A stretch of DNA of 64,000 nt from the human T2T-CHM13v2.0 reference genome, Homo sapiens. Shown here in pieces: positions 11,120 through 26,235 of the stretch. The notes below the pieces were generated by a model. It made no database searches. It had not been told where the DNA came from and was given only the letters and a program-made list of their open reading frames with translations. The stretch lies in assembly GCF_009914755.1 (NCBI RefSeq), contig NC_060929.1; one strand, 5' to 3'. Position 1 is the stretch's first letter. Every line of letters starts with the position of its first letter. Position numbers and translations under genes: made by a program.

Positions 11120-12120
11120 CCAGGGCTGCCGGACGCCCAGTTTTCCTGCTGTCTCTCATCACAGGGGCGGTGGGGCGCGCCCGCCTCCAGCCTGGCTCTG
11201 GACCCGGGGCCCCGCCACCTCCCAGCAGCGGGCGCAGAGAGCCTTCTGGTTACCCCCGAAGCTGAGGATTGCAGTGTTCTAGCAATGGATGAAATCCTTT
11301 TTAACCGACTGTAATAAAAATAAGATTGTGAATAACATGTGACTATAGACCTCCAAAAAACTGGCGGCTGTGAAACCCATACTTTAAGAAGCATGGCCTC
11401 TCTCTCGAAGTGGCTTCCAGTGACGGTCCTGGATCTACTTCACCCTTTTTGGCTCGGGTACTGGAACAGGTCTCGGCCAAACTACTGTCTCACCGCCATA
11501 GTGATAATCATCTTTAAAAGCACAGCTAGTCGGTGCGCGACCACTGCGCGGTACAATAAGAACCTGTCGGGGAGGGACCACGGCAGGCGACTGGGAGCTT
11601 GTGGACTGCCAGGGTCTGGAGCGGGCCCGGCCATCCCGCCGCTGCGCATGCGCCACCCAGGCCGCTGGCCGGAGAAACCTAGTGGCGGCGGGAGGCGGGA
11701 GGCTGGGAGTACGCGGGGGAAGCTGGAAGCGGGAAGCGGGGAGACGCGAGGTGGGGGCGGGGCGCACCGGCGTCCCGGCTGGGCGTGACGGGCGAGACCC
11801 CAGCCCGGTCGCGGCGTCTGAGGTTGCAATCTCGTCTGGGGCACTCTCGCGCCTCGCCCCTACCCGACTTCTTTTCAGGGATTAGTTCTGACTTCATGAT
11901 TAATCAGCACTTTCTGGTTTCCTTAGGGTGACGTCATCTCTGCTCAGAGATAAAACAGGCTCCTCTTTGAGGGTTGCGGGCAGCCTGGGGGCCCGGGTCC
12001 GGGAGGCTGTCCCGGGGACTGCGCCCCGCCCACAGGCGACAGCCAGATCGCGCTGCCGGCCCCTCGAACGCTGGGTTCCCTGGCCACAGCGCGTCTTGTT
12101 TATTGCTTTTGCGGACTGGT
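11120..12120. promoter_or_regulatory. CpG island promoter (possibly bidirectional)
   Basis: Only non-Alu CpG-dense, GC-rich stretch in the window; NRF1 palindrome TGCGCATGCGC (11643-11653), GC box GGGGGCGGGGC (11753-11763), tandem GGAAG (~11725-11736), CRE TGACGTCA (11929-11936); no TATA box. Confidence 0.9.
11494..11640 (-). other. Probable first exon of an unidentified minus-strand gene (5' end approximate)
   Basis: Minus strand ACTATGGCG|GTGAGA: Kozak-favourable ATG (11499-11497) just before a consensus donor (11493-11488); in-frame upstream GGGATGG at 11634. Confidence 0.5.
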
Positions 12121-12154
12121 TAAATGCAAAAGCTCAAGGTTTTCTTTCTTTTTT

Positions 12155-12550
12155 CCGTAATTATAAAAGTAGGACATGCTCTTTTAAAGGGTGGAAAATT
12201 ACGAAGAAAAAAGTAATCACCCAAAGCCCCACCCTCTAGACTCAACCTCTGTTAACGTTGATGCATTTCCTTCCTGTCTCCCCCCACAACCCCCTTTCTT
12301 TGCAGCAGATCTTCAGGTTTTTAACGTCATTTAGTCATGTTATATCATTTTGTAGCCTACCTTTTTCACTTATATTGTGGCAGAAACTTTTTTGTGCTTT
12401 TTTCAAACATTGCTTTAAAGATCATAAAGATCTACTCCTTTAGTAGAGGTATCATCAAGTACTTAAACACTATTTCCGTTTATGAGCATCTAAGATGTTC
12501 TCAGTTTTTACTAGTGTATGAGGTAGACCATCCCTTCACCCTTACTTACA
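12155..12550 (-). mobile_element. Old L1 (L1ME-like) 3' end fragment
   Basis: AATTATAAAAGTA...CTGTTAAC...TTTTTCACTTATATT pattern resembling reverse L1ME 3' ends. Confidence 0.5.
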
Positions 12551-13138
12551 TTTGCCAGGGTTTGATGGTTGGTGGAGCATACAAGCCCAAACTAAAAATT
12601 TGATCAAATATATGTCAAATTGTGAGCAAAACTTGAAAGCTTCTGCTCTTTTCTATATTGCTAATGATAGAGAACCTGGGCAGAAGCTGATTATTTGCAG
12701 GATGAGCTTTTGTGCCTGTGAAGGAAGGCCCTGACCTGAATGGGACGTGGAGAGTTTTGCAGTGGAGATGGAGGCTGGTGGCAGAAGGCAGAATGAGAAA
12801 GAGGGGCCAAAGAAAAGAAAGTCAGCTGGCGCCTAAAGGAAAAACTCCCCATGAAGATAAATGGCTGATGATTTTTGGAACACTGATGTTGAACATGCTA
12901 ATTCTGTTAGTCCAAGCTCCAGTCTCCTTGTTTCTTTTACTAAAAAACTAGAGAAGTACAGGAGAAAGAACTGGGCCTAAATGAAGAGAGAGTCACACTA
13001 TTTAGTGCATTTTCTGCCTTCTAATCTGTCCCCCTTCTCTAAAGTCCTTTTCCCACTTCATGAAAGGGTAATATAAGGTTTCCGTAAGATTCTAGATATC
13101 CAGGATAAGCAGAGGACATGAACCATCCAGATCTTCTC

Positions 13139-13436
13139 CCTCTCTCTTTTTTAAGATGGGGTCTTGCTCTGTCACCCAGGCTGGAATGCAGTGGCGATCT
13201 GGGCTCACTGTAGCCTTGACCTCCTATGCTCAAGAAATCCTCCCGCCTCAGCCCCCAAGTACCTTGGACTACAGGCACACACCACCACGCCCGGCTAATT
13301 TTTTTATGCTTCTTGTAGAGATGGGGTTTCACCATGTTGCCCAGGCTGGTCTTGAACTCCTGCTGACCCCAGGCAAGCTGCCCGCCTCAACCTCCAAAAG
13401 TGCCGGGATTACAGGCATGAGCCACCATGCTGGGCC
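13139..13436 (-). mobile_element. AluJ-type SINE
   Basis: GCTCACTGTAGCCTTGACCTCC..GCTCAAG (J-like); degraded TSD CATCCAGATCTTCTC / CATCTAGAACTTCTC. Confidence 0.9.
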
Positions 13437-14989
13437 CATCTAGAACTTCTCTGTGAGGTCTGGCATGAGCCTACTTCTATTTATCCCCTGCAAATCACTT
13501 TAACTGAAAGCTGTTCACTTCTAAAATGAGGTTACAGGAAAAAAAAAGTAAGTATGTTTTGGTAACTGAACGTGATGGTGGGAGAAAGGCTGGTGGTTTG
13601 AGAATAAACTCAGCCTCCCAGGGCCTTTTGCCTAGAAGGTCTTACACACTCTTGCATTGGTTAGCCTGGTTAGTAAAGGGCATGCAACTCTACTGCTTCT
13701 AAGAACACTGTAGGTCCTTCCTGTGCTCAGAGTTGTGTGACGATCTGTAACTCAAGGGAGAAGCTGGAACAGCCAGCTTTTGACATCTCCCTTGTTGCTT
13801 GGTCTGGAGCAACTTTCCCTTTATGAGAAAAAGTGTGACACAAACTCTGTCTCCAACCAAGCCAGTTTTCTCCATGCTGAGTATCTGTAAGAAAAGCCAG
13901 ATTGATCAAGAGGCATTCTCTGCTTGGTTTAAATTCGCATGACAAAGTAGGCAATTTTGTGTAATTGGCACGTGCTTTGCAAAGTAGCCGTCCATTCTTG
14001 AGCCACCTGAGAACTGGCAGTGAAGCAGTGATTTAACTTCAAAAGGGTGAGAATGGCTGTGGTGGCTTTCTTTTCCCTCTTAAGGCGGAAGAGGTTCCTG
14101 TCTCCCTGTCTCCTTCCCAGAACAGCTCCCTCTACTGACGGTATGGCTGTCATCCTCCCTCTAACCCACTTCCTCACCTCTGTGGTCTCCACCTAGAATG
14201 CAGGTGACTGTGTCTCCATAGGGTGAGATTTGCTCAAAGAGTAGAGAAAACCCGGCATCCTGAAAGCAACACTCCAGACCTGGCTGCCAGCCACAAACCC
14301 ACTAGCTCCTAGATCTCCAAATCTACTCCTTTGTTTAGTACCCAAGGATTCTCACTGTTTCCATTACTGGAGGAAGGTTCCCTTCTAGCCATCCAGTTCA
14401 CATAGGATTGGGAAGAAGCTAGCTCCATTCTCATCATAACCGGTGAGATCAGTTCCTCCAGGCTTGGGCTCCCAGCATCCCTTCTCCAAGTCACAACATT
14501 CTCTAGACACTTGCTGACCCTGCTATGTTCTGCCTGTTAAAAGGTCATCTGCTTTTTGAATTCTTTCCACTCTCCTCCCAGTTATTTGTGATAGTCTCTT
14601 AGAAGGTTAAAAATAACATTTATTTCCCCAGTGGTTTTGTATATTTCCATTTGGCAAACTTTATTTTGTTCCATGTGTTTCTAAGGGAACAGAAATGAAA
14701 ATGGTTTATGTCCTACTTCCTACACTGGGCTCAATGATGTTGTCAGAAATGGAATTGTCTTTCGGTCCAAAGTGGGTACACCCAACCGTAAGCTAGGCTT
14801 TAATGCAGAAACTATATAAACTACAAAGACAATGGACATTGTTTGGCTATTGGAAAATCTACTGCGTTATACTTCCTTTAATCAAGCCATGAATTTTTTA
14901 ATAGATTCAAGCCACTTTGCACAGACATGATAACAGTATAAAACTGGGTCACATTATAAGCATGAACCATGACACTGTGTCCCATTACT

Positions 14990-15570
14990 GAAATAAAACT
15001 AAAGGCAACATAAGAAGTCAAGATGGAGGGTGGTTGTTACTGGAAGGAGCACATGGAGGGGCTTCTGTGATGCAGGAAATGTTCTATTTGAAATCCAGGT
15101 GATAATTACATGAGTATGTTCAGATTGTGAAAAATCACTGAGCTTTACATTTATAGTCACATTTTTCTGTATTTATGTTCCACTTACACAAAACACTTAA
15201 ACAGAGATTATGTTGAGGTAGACAGTTAAAGCAATGGGAGTGATTGTTCTTTCATTCAACAAACATTGTTTTAGTTCCCACTTGGTGCTCAATGGTAAGC
15301 AAAGACTTTGTACATATTACAGAATGAGTAAACTAAGGGCCACACAGCCTGATTTCAAGGATTTTACAGTTAATAGTCAGCTACAACGTAAGTTACAAGC
15401 GTTCAGTGTGTATACCAATATTAGATTCTTAGTTGGGACAAATAGACCATAGTAATATAAGATGTGAACATTGGGGGAAACTTGTTGAGGAGTACGTGGG
15501 AAATCTCTGTGCAATCTTTGCAAGTTTTCTGTAAATGTTGCCCTCTTCTAAATTTGAAATTGTTTAAAAA
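14990..15570 (+). mobile_element. Old L1 3' end fragments (L1ME-like ~14990-15200, L1MC-like ~15445-15570) mixed with minus-strand L2
   Basis: GGAAATGTTCTAT...GGTGATAATTACATGAG; AAGATGTGAACATTGGGGGAAAC...GGGAAATCTCTGT. Confidence 0.55.
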
Positions 15571-15945
15571 TACTCAATTTCATAAGAATGACTATGAGGG
15601 AGACATTATTTTTGGACCAAGGAAATCAGAAGTGTCTTTGTAGAAGAAAAGAATGATTGAACTGGACCTTAAAGGAAGAATGAGATTATAATAAAGGGAA
15701 ATGGAAAAGAAGTTTTTTAGATAGGGGAAACATGATACAAGAAACTGTGGAATGTGTGAAAGGACAGGACAGGGACTGATGAATTGGGAGCATGAAAAGG
15801 GTTGTGTACAATAGGACCCAAAGGGCAGAGGGCCTTGAAAGCAAATCGCGAAAGGCTTAAATTTTGTAAGTTAGCTAACAGACAAAAATTAAGCTCTGAA
15901 TTGCTATAGAAATCCCTTGTTTTACAATGAAAAGTAAATATATTA

Positions 15946-16255
<310 letters not shown>

Positions 16256-18559
16256 TAAAAATTAATATACTTAAATCATCTCCCCAAATCTCTGTATGTC
16301 TACCATAGAGCTAAAGGAATTAAGTCATAATATTTATAGAACACTTACTATATGACCACTACTTTATGTCTATCATCTTATTTAATTATCCTAAGATTCT
16401 TGTGAAGCAGTTCTTGTTTTATTTTACAGATAGAAGACTGAGAACTTGTTTATTTCCAATAAGTACAAAAGAGTCATAAATATAAAAAAACAGATATAGC
16501 CACCTGAAAACTTGTTTCCAACAAACACAAAGTCATAAACGTCAAAAATAATAAAGGACTTAGTGCTAGGATGTGCTTCAGTGGTTGAAATGGAACTCTG
16601 AGTTGGAAATATGTTTACATTTACACTTTGTTTAAATTCATTTTTTAACTGAAAAGATAGTCATCTGGGACTAATATGCATTATTCAAGATATAATGGTA
16701 TTGATAAGCCCATTAATCAAGTGTGTTTTAGGGAATAATTCTGACAAGTGTGTTTGGCAAGGGTAATTATCACAGAGTACCAAAAACTGATAAAGTCTGG
16801 CCTACACAGACTAGACACAGTACAGGAGAACTCTCTCCCAGTTCAGTTAGAAACTCGTGTTTTGTGGAGTCAGAGACAACACAGCTAACTCCGTGGACAA
16901 TAGAATGGACATCCCAGCTCCAAGCTGTGAATGTTTCCAAATAGTTCAAAGAGAATGAAAAGAGTTTAATCTTCCCATCTTGGGGTTTCCTAGAAGCATT
17001 GTGACTTGCCTTCAAAGCCAAGTTACTATGTGTTTGGGAATCAAATGGCTCAATAGTCGCTAATGTCATTTTTCTCCCTACTAAATACTTGGATAAGACA
17101 CAGTAAGAAGAAAATAGGTTTTGTTTTGGCTGTTAATAATTCTCTAATCATGCAGAAATGAAAAGTTCATCAAAGATCCATAGTTTCTATTGAGAATTTC
17201 CTCCTATTGTTTTTTCTAAGAGTTCTCTTCCCCACAATAAACCACAAAACAATTTTTCCTCTCTTTATATTTGTTGAAAGAATTCAATTCTTGAGTGGAA
17301 ATTTTGTTTTCCTTTAATTCCCAACAAACTGTATCCCATACCTGACAGCCTCAAGGTAGGAAGGCAGCGGAGTTATTCAAAGAAGCATTTTGTTCTTGGT
17401 CTTGCCATTCAATATCACAGGGTGTGATGAAAACTGGAACAAATATGGTCATCACAGAGGTGCCAGAACATTACATTTAAAAAATGGAATTATTTGAGTC
17501 AATCTGGAATGTCTGGTTCTTTTGGTTTGGGCCTCATGGGTAGCATTGTGCTTCAAAAACAACTTGAATTGGCTACCAGGATTCCAGAAGGGTAACATAA
17601 TCCTGTACCTTTGAGGAGAGATGCTTATCTTTATGTCTACTCTTAGCAGAAAGAGGCTGGATTCTTCCACCTTTTCATGTTTCAAAATAAAAATTGTTCA
17701 AAAAGTTCCAAACCTGAATGGAATTTGGAAACAAGAGTGGGAGGAGGTACTTCCTCAAGTCTTTTGGTTTGTGCTGTTTTCTATTTGAAATAAATGCTCC
17801 ACCATGAGTCAATATCCTCTAGAGCTACAGAAATGTGGGGTTTGGGGAAGGTTCATCCTCACCACTTCCCCTTATGTGATTTGGAATTTAGAGAAAAGGT
17901 CCCAGAAAAGATTAGTAATTCTGAATACAGTGCTCATATCTGCCCAGGAGACAGAGACACTTAAAGGGGCAGGAGCTGGCAATAACTCAACTCCTGGCAA
18001 ATGCAGCCTGCAGCCCAGTGACCTCCACCCCTTGGAGTGATGCTGCTACCCCTGCAAAGGGCTCCACAGAGGGCTGTGAACACAGGGCAGGTCTCACTTT
18101 TCTCTTGTCAACAACACACAAAGTTGTAGGGGTGTGTCTGACCTTGATAAAGGGCTGGAGAGAACCAAAGGGAATTATAGCATATGAAGAAAGGAATTTT
18201 AAACTGTGTCATCCAACAAGGGGGAAAAAAATCCCCACCGAGTTTAGGGAACACACCCGAACTCCTAACCTGTTGACTTGCTGTCCCATAGTGGGAATGA
18301 ATCCCTAGATACCTTCAGGACTCAAGGGCCTCATCCCTTGGGGGTTTGTCTACCTCCAGCATTTTTCTTCTTCCTAACGTAGTACACATCTCCATCCTGG
18401 TATATCCAGCCTAGAAGATTCTAATGGTTTCCACAGGACAATCCATGGTGCTACCCAAGAGTCTTGAATCCAGTTCCCTTGAAGGCCTCACCTTCAGGGT
18501 GGTGTGGATTGCAGACTGAATTCTCCCACTTGGAAGGCGTATGTGTATACACACACACA

Positions 18560-18905
18560 CACACCCATTCATCACACAAGGACATTCTCCTGCCATACCA
18601 TTCTCACATACCAGAAATGTAACATCGACACAGTAATATTGTCTGATATAATATTTCTCAATCTTCAATGTGCGGATAAATCACTTGGATGGGACTGAAA
18701 TTCTTCAGTTCCAACAAGCTCCCAGGTGACACTGCCACCACTGCTGGGCCACAACGCACACTCCAGGTAGCACTGATGTAATATACAATCCATATTCAAC
18801 TTTCTTCAATTGTCTCAAAATATCTCCTACAATTCTTTTCTTTCCTCCCCATTCAGGATCCAGGCAGGAATGGTGTGTTGTATTTGGCTGTCACGTCTCT
18901 TTAGG
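18560..18905 (-). mobile_element. L1MC-like fragment interrupted by a MER5-like relic (~18660-18780)
   Basis: AAGGACATTCTC...CAGGATCCA...GGCTGTCACGTCTCTTTAG; AACAAGCTCCCAGGTGA. Confidence 0.5.
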
Positions 18906-20059
18906 CAGAGGACGTGAACTTTTTATTGGCTGCTCTCTTACTTATACAAAGACCCAGGAAGAGTGTGCAGATTTCCCCTTGTGAGAACCCCTCCTCCCAG
19001 TTACACTTAGAAAAGGACCACCCTCCTCACAGTCTCAGTAAATGAAGGACAGAGAGAGAGTGGAAGGAAGCACCTGGAGATGACACTGTGAAGTGCTGAG
19101 AGGCTCTATGATGGCTAGGCTCTATGATATGTTTTTTTTTTTGCAAATCACACACATTGACCACTAGGGATATGAGGCCTACCGCAGAATAACAGCACAA
19201 CATTCAAAAATAGCTTCAAAGATGTTTTGCTATTCTTATTCCCAGACTTAAAGAGTTGATTCCATCTCTCCAGAGAAATTAGAGTCCAACGCTATCAACA
19301 AGCATGATGCACTCCTGTGAGGTGGACAAATGTCATTTCCTATTTTCTAGGGTTTAGAGTCTAGATAGACATAATCCCTTCTAGAAGAACCCTCCAAAGG
19401 ACTCCAAGCAGGATGGGCCATGGGGACCTGTAACTGTCCAAATCCCACTGCTCTCTACAGTGTGGGCGGCAGTCCCCTCTTGCTTAGTGTGCCCATAACC
19501 ACTGAGCCCTGCTACCTCTTCATAGTGGCCTCTGTTAAAAGCAAATGTTGCCTGGAAAGAAGTATGCTAGATTAGTCCTCCTAGTCAGCTAGCTGATGGA
19601 GACTCTCACCTGAAGAATTGGGAATCAGGATAGGTTATTTTTCAAGTTGACGGGGAGGTGTGTGTTATGTGGCATAAGGACTTCTCCAAATAGGAGTGGA
19701 GGGGCAGAGGGAACTCAGATAGCAGGAAGCATAGCAGAACACGGGGCATCTGCAACAAGAATAAACCTCTCAAGAAAAGAGATGGCACTGAATGGGAACT
19801 GAGAAGTTCCCTGTTCACCAGCCTCACACTTTGTCCTTAGGTCAACACGTTGCACTCCCATGCAGCAGAGGGACTTTTTCATAGAATAAAAAAAGAATCC
19901 AAGATTAGGTGCTAGATCCAGCACCCCACTTTCACCACAATACGATATTCTACTCTCCCTACAACATTTTAAAAGAGTATTTTAGTCTCTTGAGCATTTC
20001 CTTTGTGGGGTCCAAAATGTGCCTGCACTCTTACAGAACTTGTAACTCTAACAGCTATC

Positions 20060-20230
20060 AGTTATTGACTGCTTTCAACACAAGCACCATTCTAAGGGCT
20101 TTACACACATTCAGTCATTTAATCTCCACAATAGTCCTAAGAGGGCAGTGCTGTTACAATTCCCATTTCACAGATGAGGACACTAAGGCACTGAGAGATT
20201 TAGTAGCTAGCCCAAGATTACTTATCTCTA
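20060..20230 (-). mobile_element. MIR
   Basis: CATTTAATCTCCACAA...CCCATTTCACAGATGAGGACACTAAGGC. Confidence 0.75.
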
Positions 20231-20283
20231 ATCTGGGCCCAAGAAGTGGAGTTCCAAGGTCACTTCTCTAAACTACCTTCTAA

Positions 20284-20545
<262 letters not shown>

Positions 20546-21547
20546 CATTCAACTTATAATTTTTAAATTTATAATTCATTGCAATGTACTTGTCTTTAAA
20601 ATGTCTTGCCTTGGTTTTCTGCTTTTTCTATTTTCTAAGTTTTGCTTGTGATGGGCTCAGTACAGGCCTCCTGGGGAAAAACTTGTGCCAGAGAGGAAAG
20701 ATAAAGGTTTCTTCCATAACTCACCCATGACAGGAAGCTTCCCCACAGCTGCAGGTGGGATTTGAGAAGGGATTTATGGGGGAAGGAAAAGGGAGGGAGA
20801 CGGAATTGGGAGGTTTGCTGGGACAGAGAGACAAACACCAAAACGTTAGGTAGATAATGGTATTTGTGAACACACTGAGGTAGCACCCTTGCAGCTCTCT
20901 TTTCCACATCCTTCTTATTACCCCCACCCCATCCCCACTGCCATCCCCCACCCCAGCACCCACCACCATCACTGAATCTTGCCTCCTACTTCAGGGAGAA
21001 CATAGAGGCCATCAAGTAAGCACTTCCTGCCTCTTGGACCATTATGTGCATCTCTTTCCACCTTTGCCTCCTTCCTCTTACCTTGAAAGGGTTGTCCCTC
21101 CTTCAGGGTGAGTCCTCCAGCCTGTGCTCTAAACCCTCCCTCTTCCATCCACCATCACCCTTTACTCCTGCACTTCCATCTGCTCCTTCCTCTCACATAT
21201 GTTTATGCTGAAATACCTCTTCCTGAAAAATAAAATTTACCTCAACTGTGGCTCCTTATAGCAGTTTTCTCTTCTTCCTTCTCAAATAGTGGCCTGAGTT
21301 TATTCTTTCCTTTCCTCACCTCTGTTCCTTCCCCATAGAACACACCCTGGCCTCTACCTTTGCCACCATTGAAATTACCTCTGTTAAGATCACCAAGAAC
21401 TTCTTAACAGCTAACTCCAGAAGTCCTTTTTATCTGGGCTACCTGCAACGTATGACTTTGCTCACCACCTCCTCCTTACAACCTCTCCTCTCTTGGTTTC
21501 TGGGCCGTGGTACTTTCCTGCTTCTCCTATCTCAATCTATCTTCTGA

Positions 21548-22036
<489 letters not shown>

Positions 22037-22199
22037 CTACTCATTCTTGAAACCACTCTAATTAGTCTGTCATCCCTACCACGCCATCTAAACTGCACTT
22101 GTCAAGGTCCCAGCAGCAACCTCCACGTTCCAGTGGTCAGTTCTTAGAATCTTTCTTTACTCAATCTCTTAGCAAGATAAGAAATGATTGGTTACTCCT

Positions 22200-22578
<379 letters not shown>

Positions 22579-24106
22579 TTATCAATGAGTAAAAGAATAC
22601 CAGGAGACTTGGTATTCTTTTATTCATTAATAGAAATTAGTTCCCTCTCATCTATTCAAATGCTACCCATGGGCATGACCAAAAGTCTCAGTCCTAAGTC
22701 TTCTTCTCTATCCACATTTACTGTCTGGAGACTTCATCCAGTCCTGTGGACAGGTGTTCCCATCCTGTCCTCCAGTGACCTCACCTGGTTCTGTGTCTGA
22801 ATACTGTTTCTGAATTAATGATTTCCAAATTGATAACTCTAGTCCTAGCTTTTCAATTTTGGTGTCTCATAGTCATTTTCAATTAATATTCAAGCCAAAA
22901 TATTTGATTTCCACTACCAAGCCCCAGTCCTGCCCTCACCCACCTCATTAAATCACACCACTGGTCACCTAGTTCTTAGGCCAAAACTTGGGAGTCATCC
23001 TAGATTTCTCTCTTTCTAACACTCACAGTAATTCCATTGGCAATCCTGTTGGTTGCACCTTCTAAAGATATTTGGCATTCAATGATTTCTCACCACACCA
23101 CTGTTTTCATCACCTTCTGAGTCTAAGCCACCATCATCTTCTGCCCAGATTAAGGTACTAGCTTCCTGACTGATCTACCTTCTTCCACTCTTGCGACCCC
23201 CAAAGACACCACAAGGCAGCTGTGAGAGTTAAAAGAATAAGTCACCTCATTTCTGTTCCTGCTCAGAGCCCCCTTATGGCTTCTTACGACACTTAGAATG
23301 AAATGAAAATTTCTCATGCTAATCAACTATATAGACTCTGTGTCATCCGGTCCCTGCCCACTTCTCCAAGATTATCTTCTACCACTATCCTCTTACTCCA
23401 CTCTGGCCACATTAGCCTTCTTGCTCTTCCTTAAACACCCTCAGCTTATTTTTCTCTTTGCATTTGCTGTTCCCTTTGCTTAGAATGTTTTCCCATGTCC
23501 TCAAAACTTGGCAGGGCTCACTCCCTAATTCTGTTTAAATGTCACCTCCTCAGAGAGGGATTCCCATGGACACTCTTTCTAAAACAGCTGTTTTAACCAT
23601 CACCCTTTATCTCTTTATTCGGCTCCGCTTGTTTGTTTGGTAGCACTTATCACTCTCCAGATCATTCTTTTAAATTGTTTACTTATTTCTGATTTATCCC
23701 ATTAGATCGTAAGTTTTATGTAAGCAGGGATCTTGTCTTACTGTTGTTTCCTCAGTGTCTGGACCATTATAAGTACTCAATTAATGTTAATTAATAGGTA
23801 AATATATTCTGACAAGTCCAAAATCTGATTTTAGCCCTCCTTGCAGATATCAAGGTTCGTATTTTTCACCACCTTTGACTCATATGTTCCCAAAGAAATT
23901 CAAACTCAGTATTTCGAAAACTGAGTTTTCCCACGCTCTCCCCTAAGCTGCTCCCATTCTCTCTCCTAAGCTGCTCTTTCCCACTCATTCCCAAGCTTAC
24001 TTAGCAGCGCTATCATGCACCTAGGTACCTGAGAAAGATATGGATGTTCTAAATTTCACCCTCTTCCTTACTCCCAGTTTATCTCCAAATGCCATCATTT
24101 CTACTT

Positions 24107-24640
24107 GTATCAGATCATGTTCTAAGTTGCAGAAAACAAAAGTCATTCTAGCTAACTTAAGAAAAAAAAAGAAATGTATTAATTTATTAGGTAGCATGTA
24201 GAATCTTCAGGAAAGTCCAAGGGCCTGACTTGGATACTTTCCAGAGAGGAACAATGCCGAAGTCACCCTGCCAGGCTATCCAGCAGAAATCCTGCTGCTG
24301 CCACAGACTGCATGCCAACTCTGGGGTGAAAAGTGACTGCTAAGACTATTGTGCCTCAAAACTCACACTCACAAGGATGGTAGTGTCTCACTACCATCCT
24401 TGTTCAGAATGAATTCCATGCAATATCTTCTTCACATCCTTCTCTTCCAAATCAAAGTCCTGATGGTGTCTGATGGGCAGAGCTCAGGTCACACACTTGC
24501 ACCCTCCTGCCAGGGGTGAGAAAATGAGTTTCTCACTTCTTCCTTGAGGAGGACGGACTGTAATTGGGAAATTCCCTAATGATAGAAAGGGTGTTCAAGA
24601 AATACCCAGCAGTTACAAAGCATCACAGATGTCAACTGAC
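24107..24640 (-). mobile_element. Old MLT1 (ERVL-MaLR) LTR
   Basis: TGTATCAG...TTGCAGAAAACAAAAG...CTAGCTAACTTAAG start; ends ...GATGTCAACTGACA; splits an L2. Confidence 0.6.
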
Positions 24641-25266
24641 ACTATCTTCTATTTACCAAGTCCACCCATGCCCCCACCACTGACTCAGTTCTAGTCTTTA
24701 TAGTTTGTCATCTTGACTAATGTGGTGACCACCTCCTATCTGGTTCCTCTGCCTCTTTTCTCCCCTCCACACCAATGCTAGAGCAGTATGTCCAAAAGCA
24801 AATCTTACCATGTCACTCCCTTCCTTACCACACATTATTGTAAAACAAAAGTCCCTTAAAAGCTCTTCATTGCCAATAGATGAAGTCAAACTTACTCAAA
24901 TTGGCATATAAAGCTTCTTACAATGTGACCCTGGCCCATCTTTCCAGGATCCTCTCCTCTCTCACGATCCTGTGCTTCTGCTGCACCAAATTATTTGCCC
25001 TCTGCAAGTGTTGCCCACACTCTCTGGCTTCTGTTCCCTTGTTCATACTCCTTCCTGCTCCTTGGAATGGCCCTTTCCTCAACAAACTCTTACTCAGCCT
25101 TCAAAACTCATCTCAAGCATCACCTCTTCTCTGCATCTACCCTAATCCTTCACTCAAGATGTGAAACCTCCAACTAGGTTGACACTTCTCTCTGTATGTA
25201 TTCTATTTTTAAAATAATGGTTAGCTTCCACATCTGTCTTCAGTACAGGAAGGAACTAGACTGTAA

Positions 25267-25613
<347 letters not shown>

Positions 25614-25719
25614 CATTGCCTTGTTTTTGTATCCTGAGCACGGCATCTGGCTCAAAGGCAGACACAATCACCTTGTATTGGATGAATAGTGATGCTGCTG
25701 CTCCTGGCAGCAGCAGCTC

Positions 25720-25980
25720 CATTTATGGAATACTTATTATGTGTTATGAACTGTATTAAGCTATATATGTATATATATGACTATATATTCCAACACATTA
25801 TGTTACTTAATGCATATAATGATTCCGCAAGATAGGAATGATTATCCTCATCTTATAAATGGAGAAAATGAGCCCTAATGAAAATATATAACATTCCTGG
25901 TATCACATGACTAGAAACCAACTGAGCTAAAATTTGAACTTGGATTTATTTGACTTCAAAGCCAATGTATTCTTAACCAC
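25720..25980 (-). mobile_element. MIR
   Basis: ATTATCCTCATCTTATAAATGGAGAAAATGAG...ATTTGAAC...TGACTTCAAAGCC. Confidence 0.7.
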
Positions 25981-26235
25981 TTAACCAATACATTCTACAG
26001 TCCCCTGTGAATAAATGAATATGTGAAAGAAAAATCAATAATTGTAAAGTGTCATATTATACTCTATAGTGAGAATTATGAATTCTCTAGCCTGCACAGC
26101 CAGAGTGCTTCCTTTACTTTTTGTTATTTTACTTATTTCATTCTGTTTGACATACAGCTGTTTCTTTCCAGGCCTTAGGAAACAGTAAGCTCCTTGGGGG
26201 CAGGAAGTCGTATTTTTTCTGTGTCTTTGCCCATT

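Noticed and set aside
11339-12239. Several overlapping 72-149 aa ORFs on both strands
   Set aside because: Expected from stop-codon scarcity in a GC-rich island; no recognisable protein.
16442-16550. Diverged ~45-bp direct repeat (ACTTGTTT...AGTCATAAA)
   Set aside because: AT-rich, two copies, low identity; not a CRISPR-like array and no functional clue.
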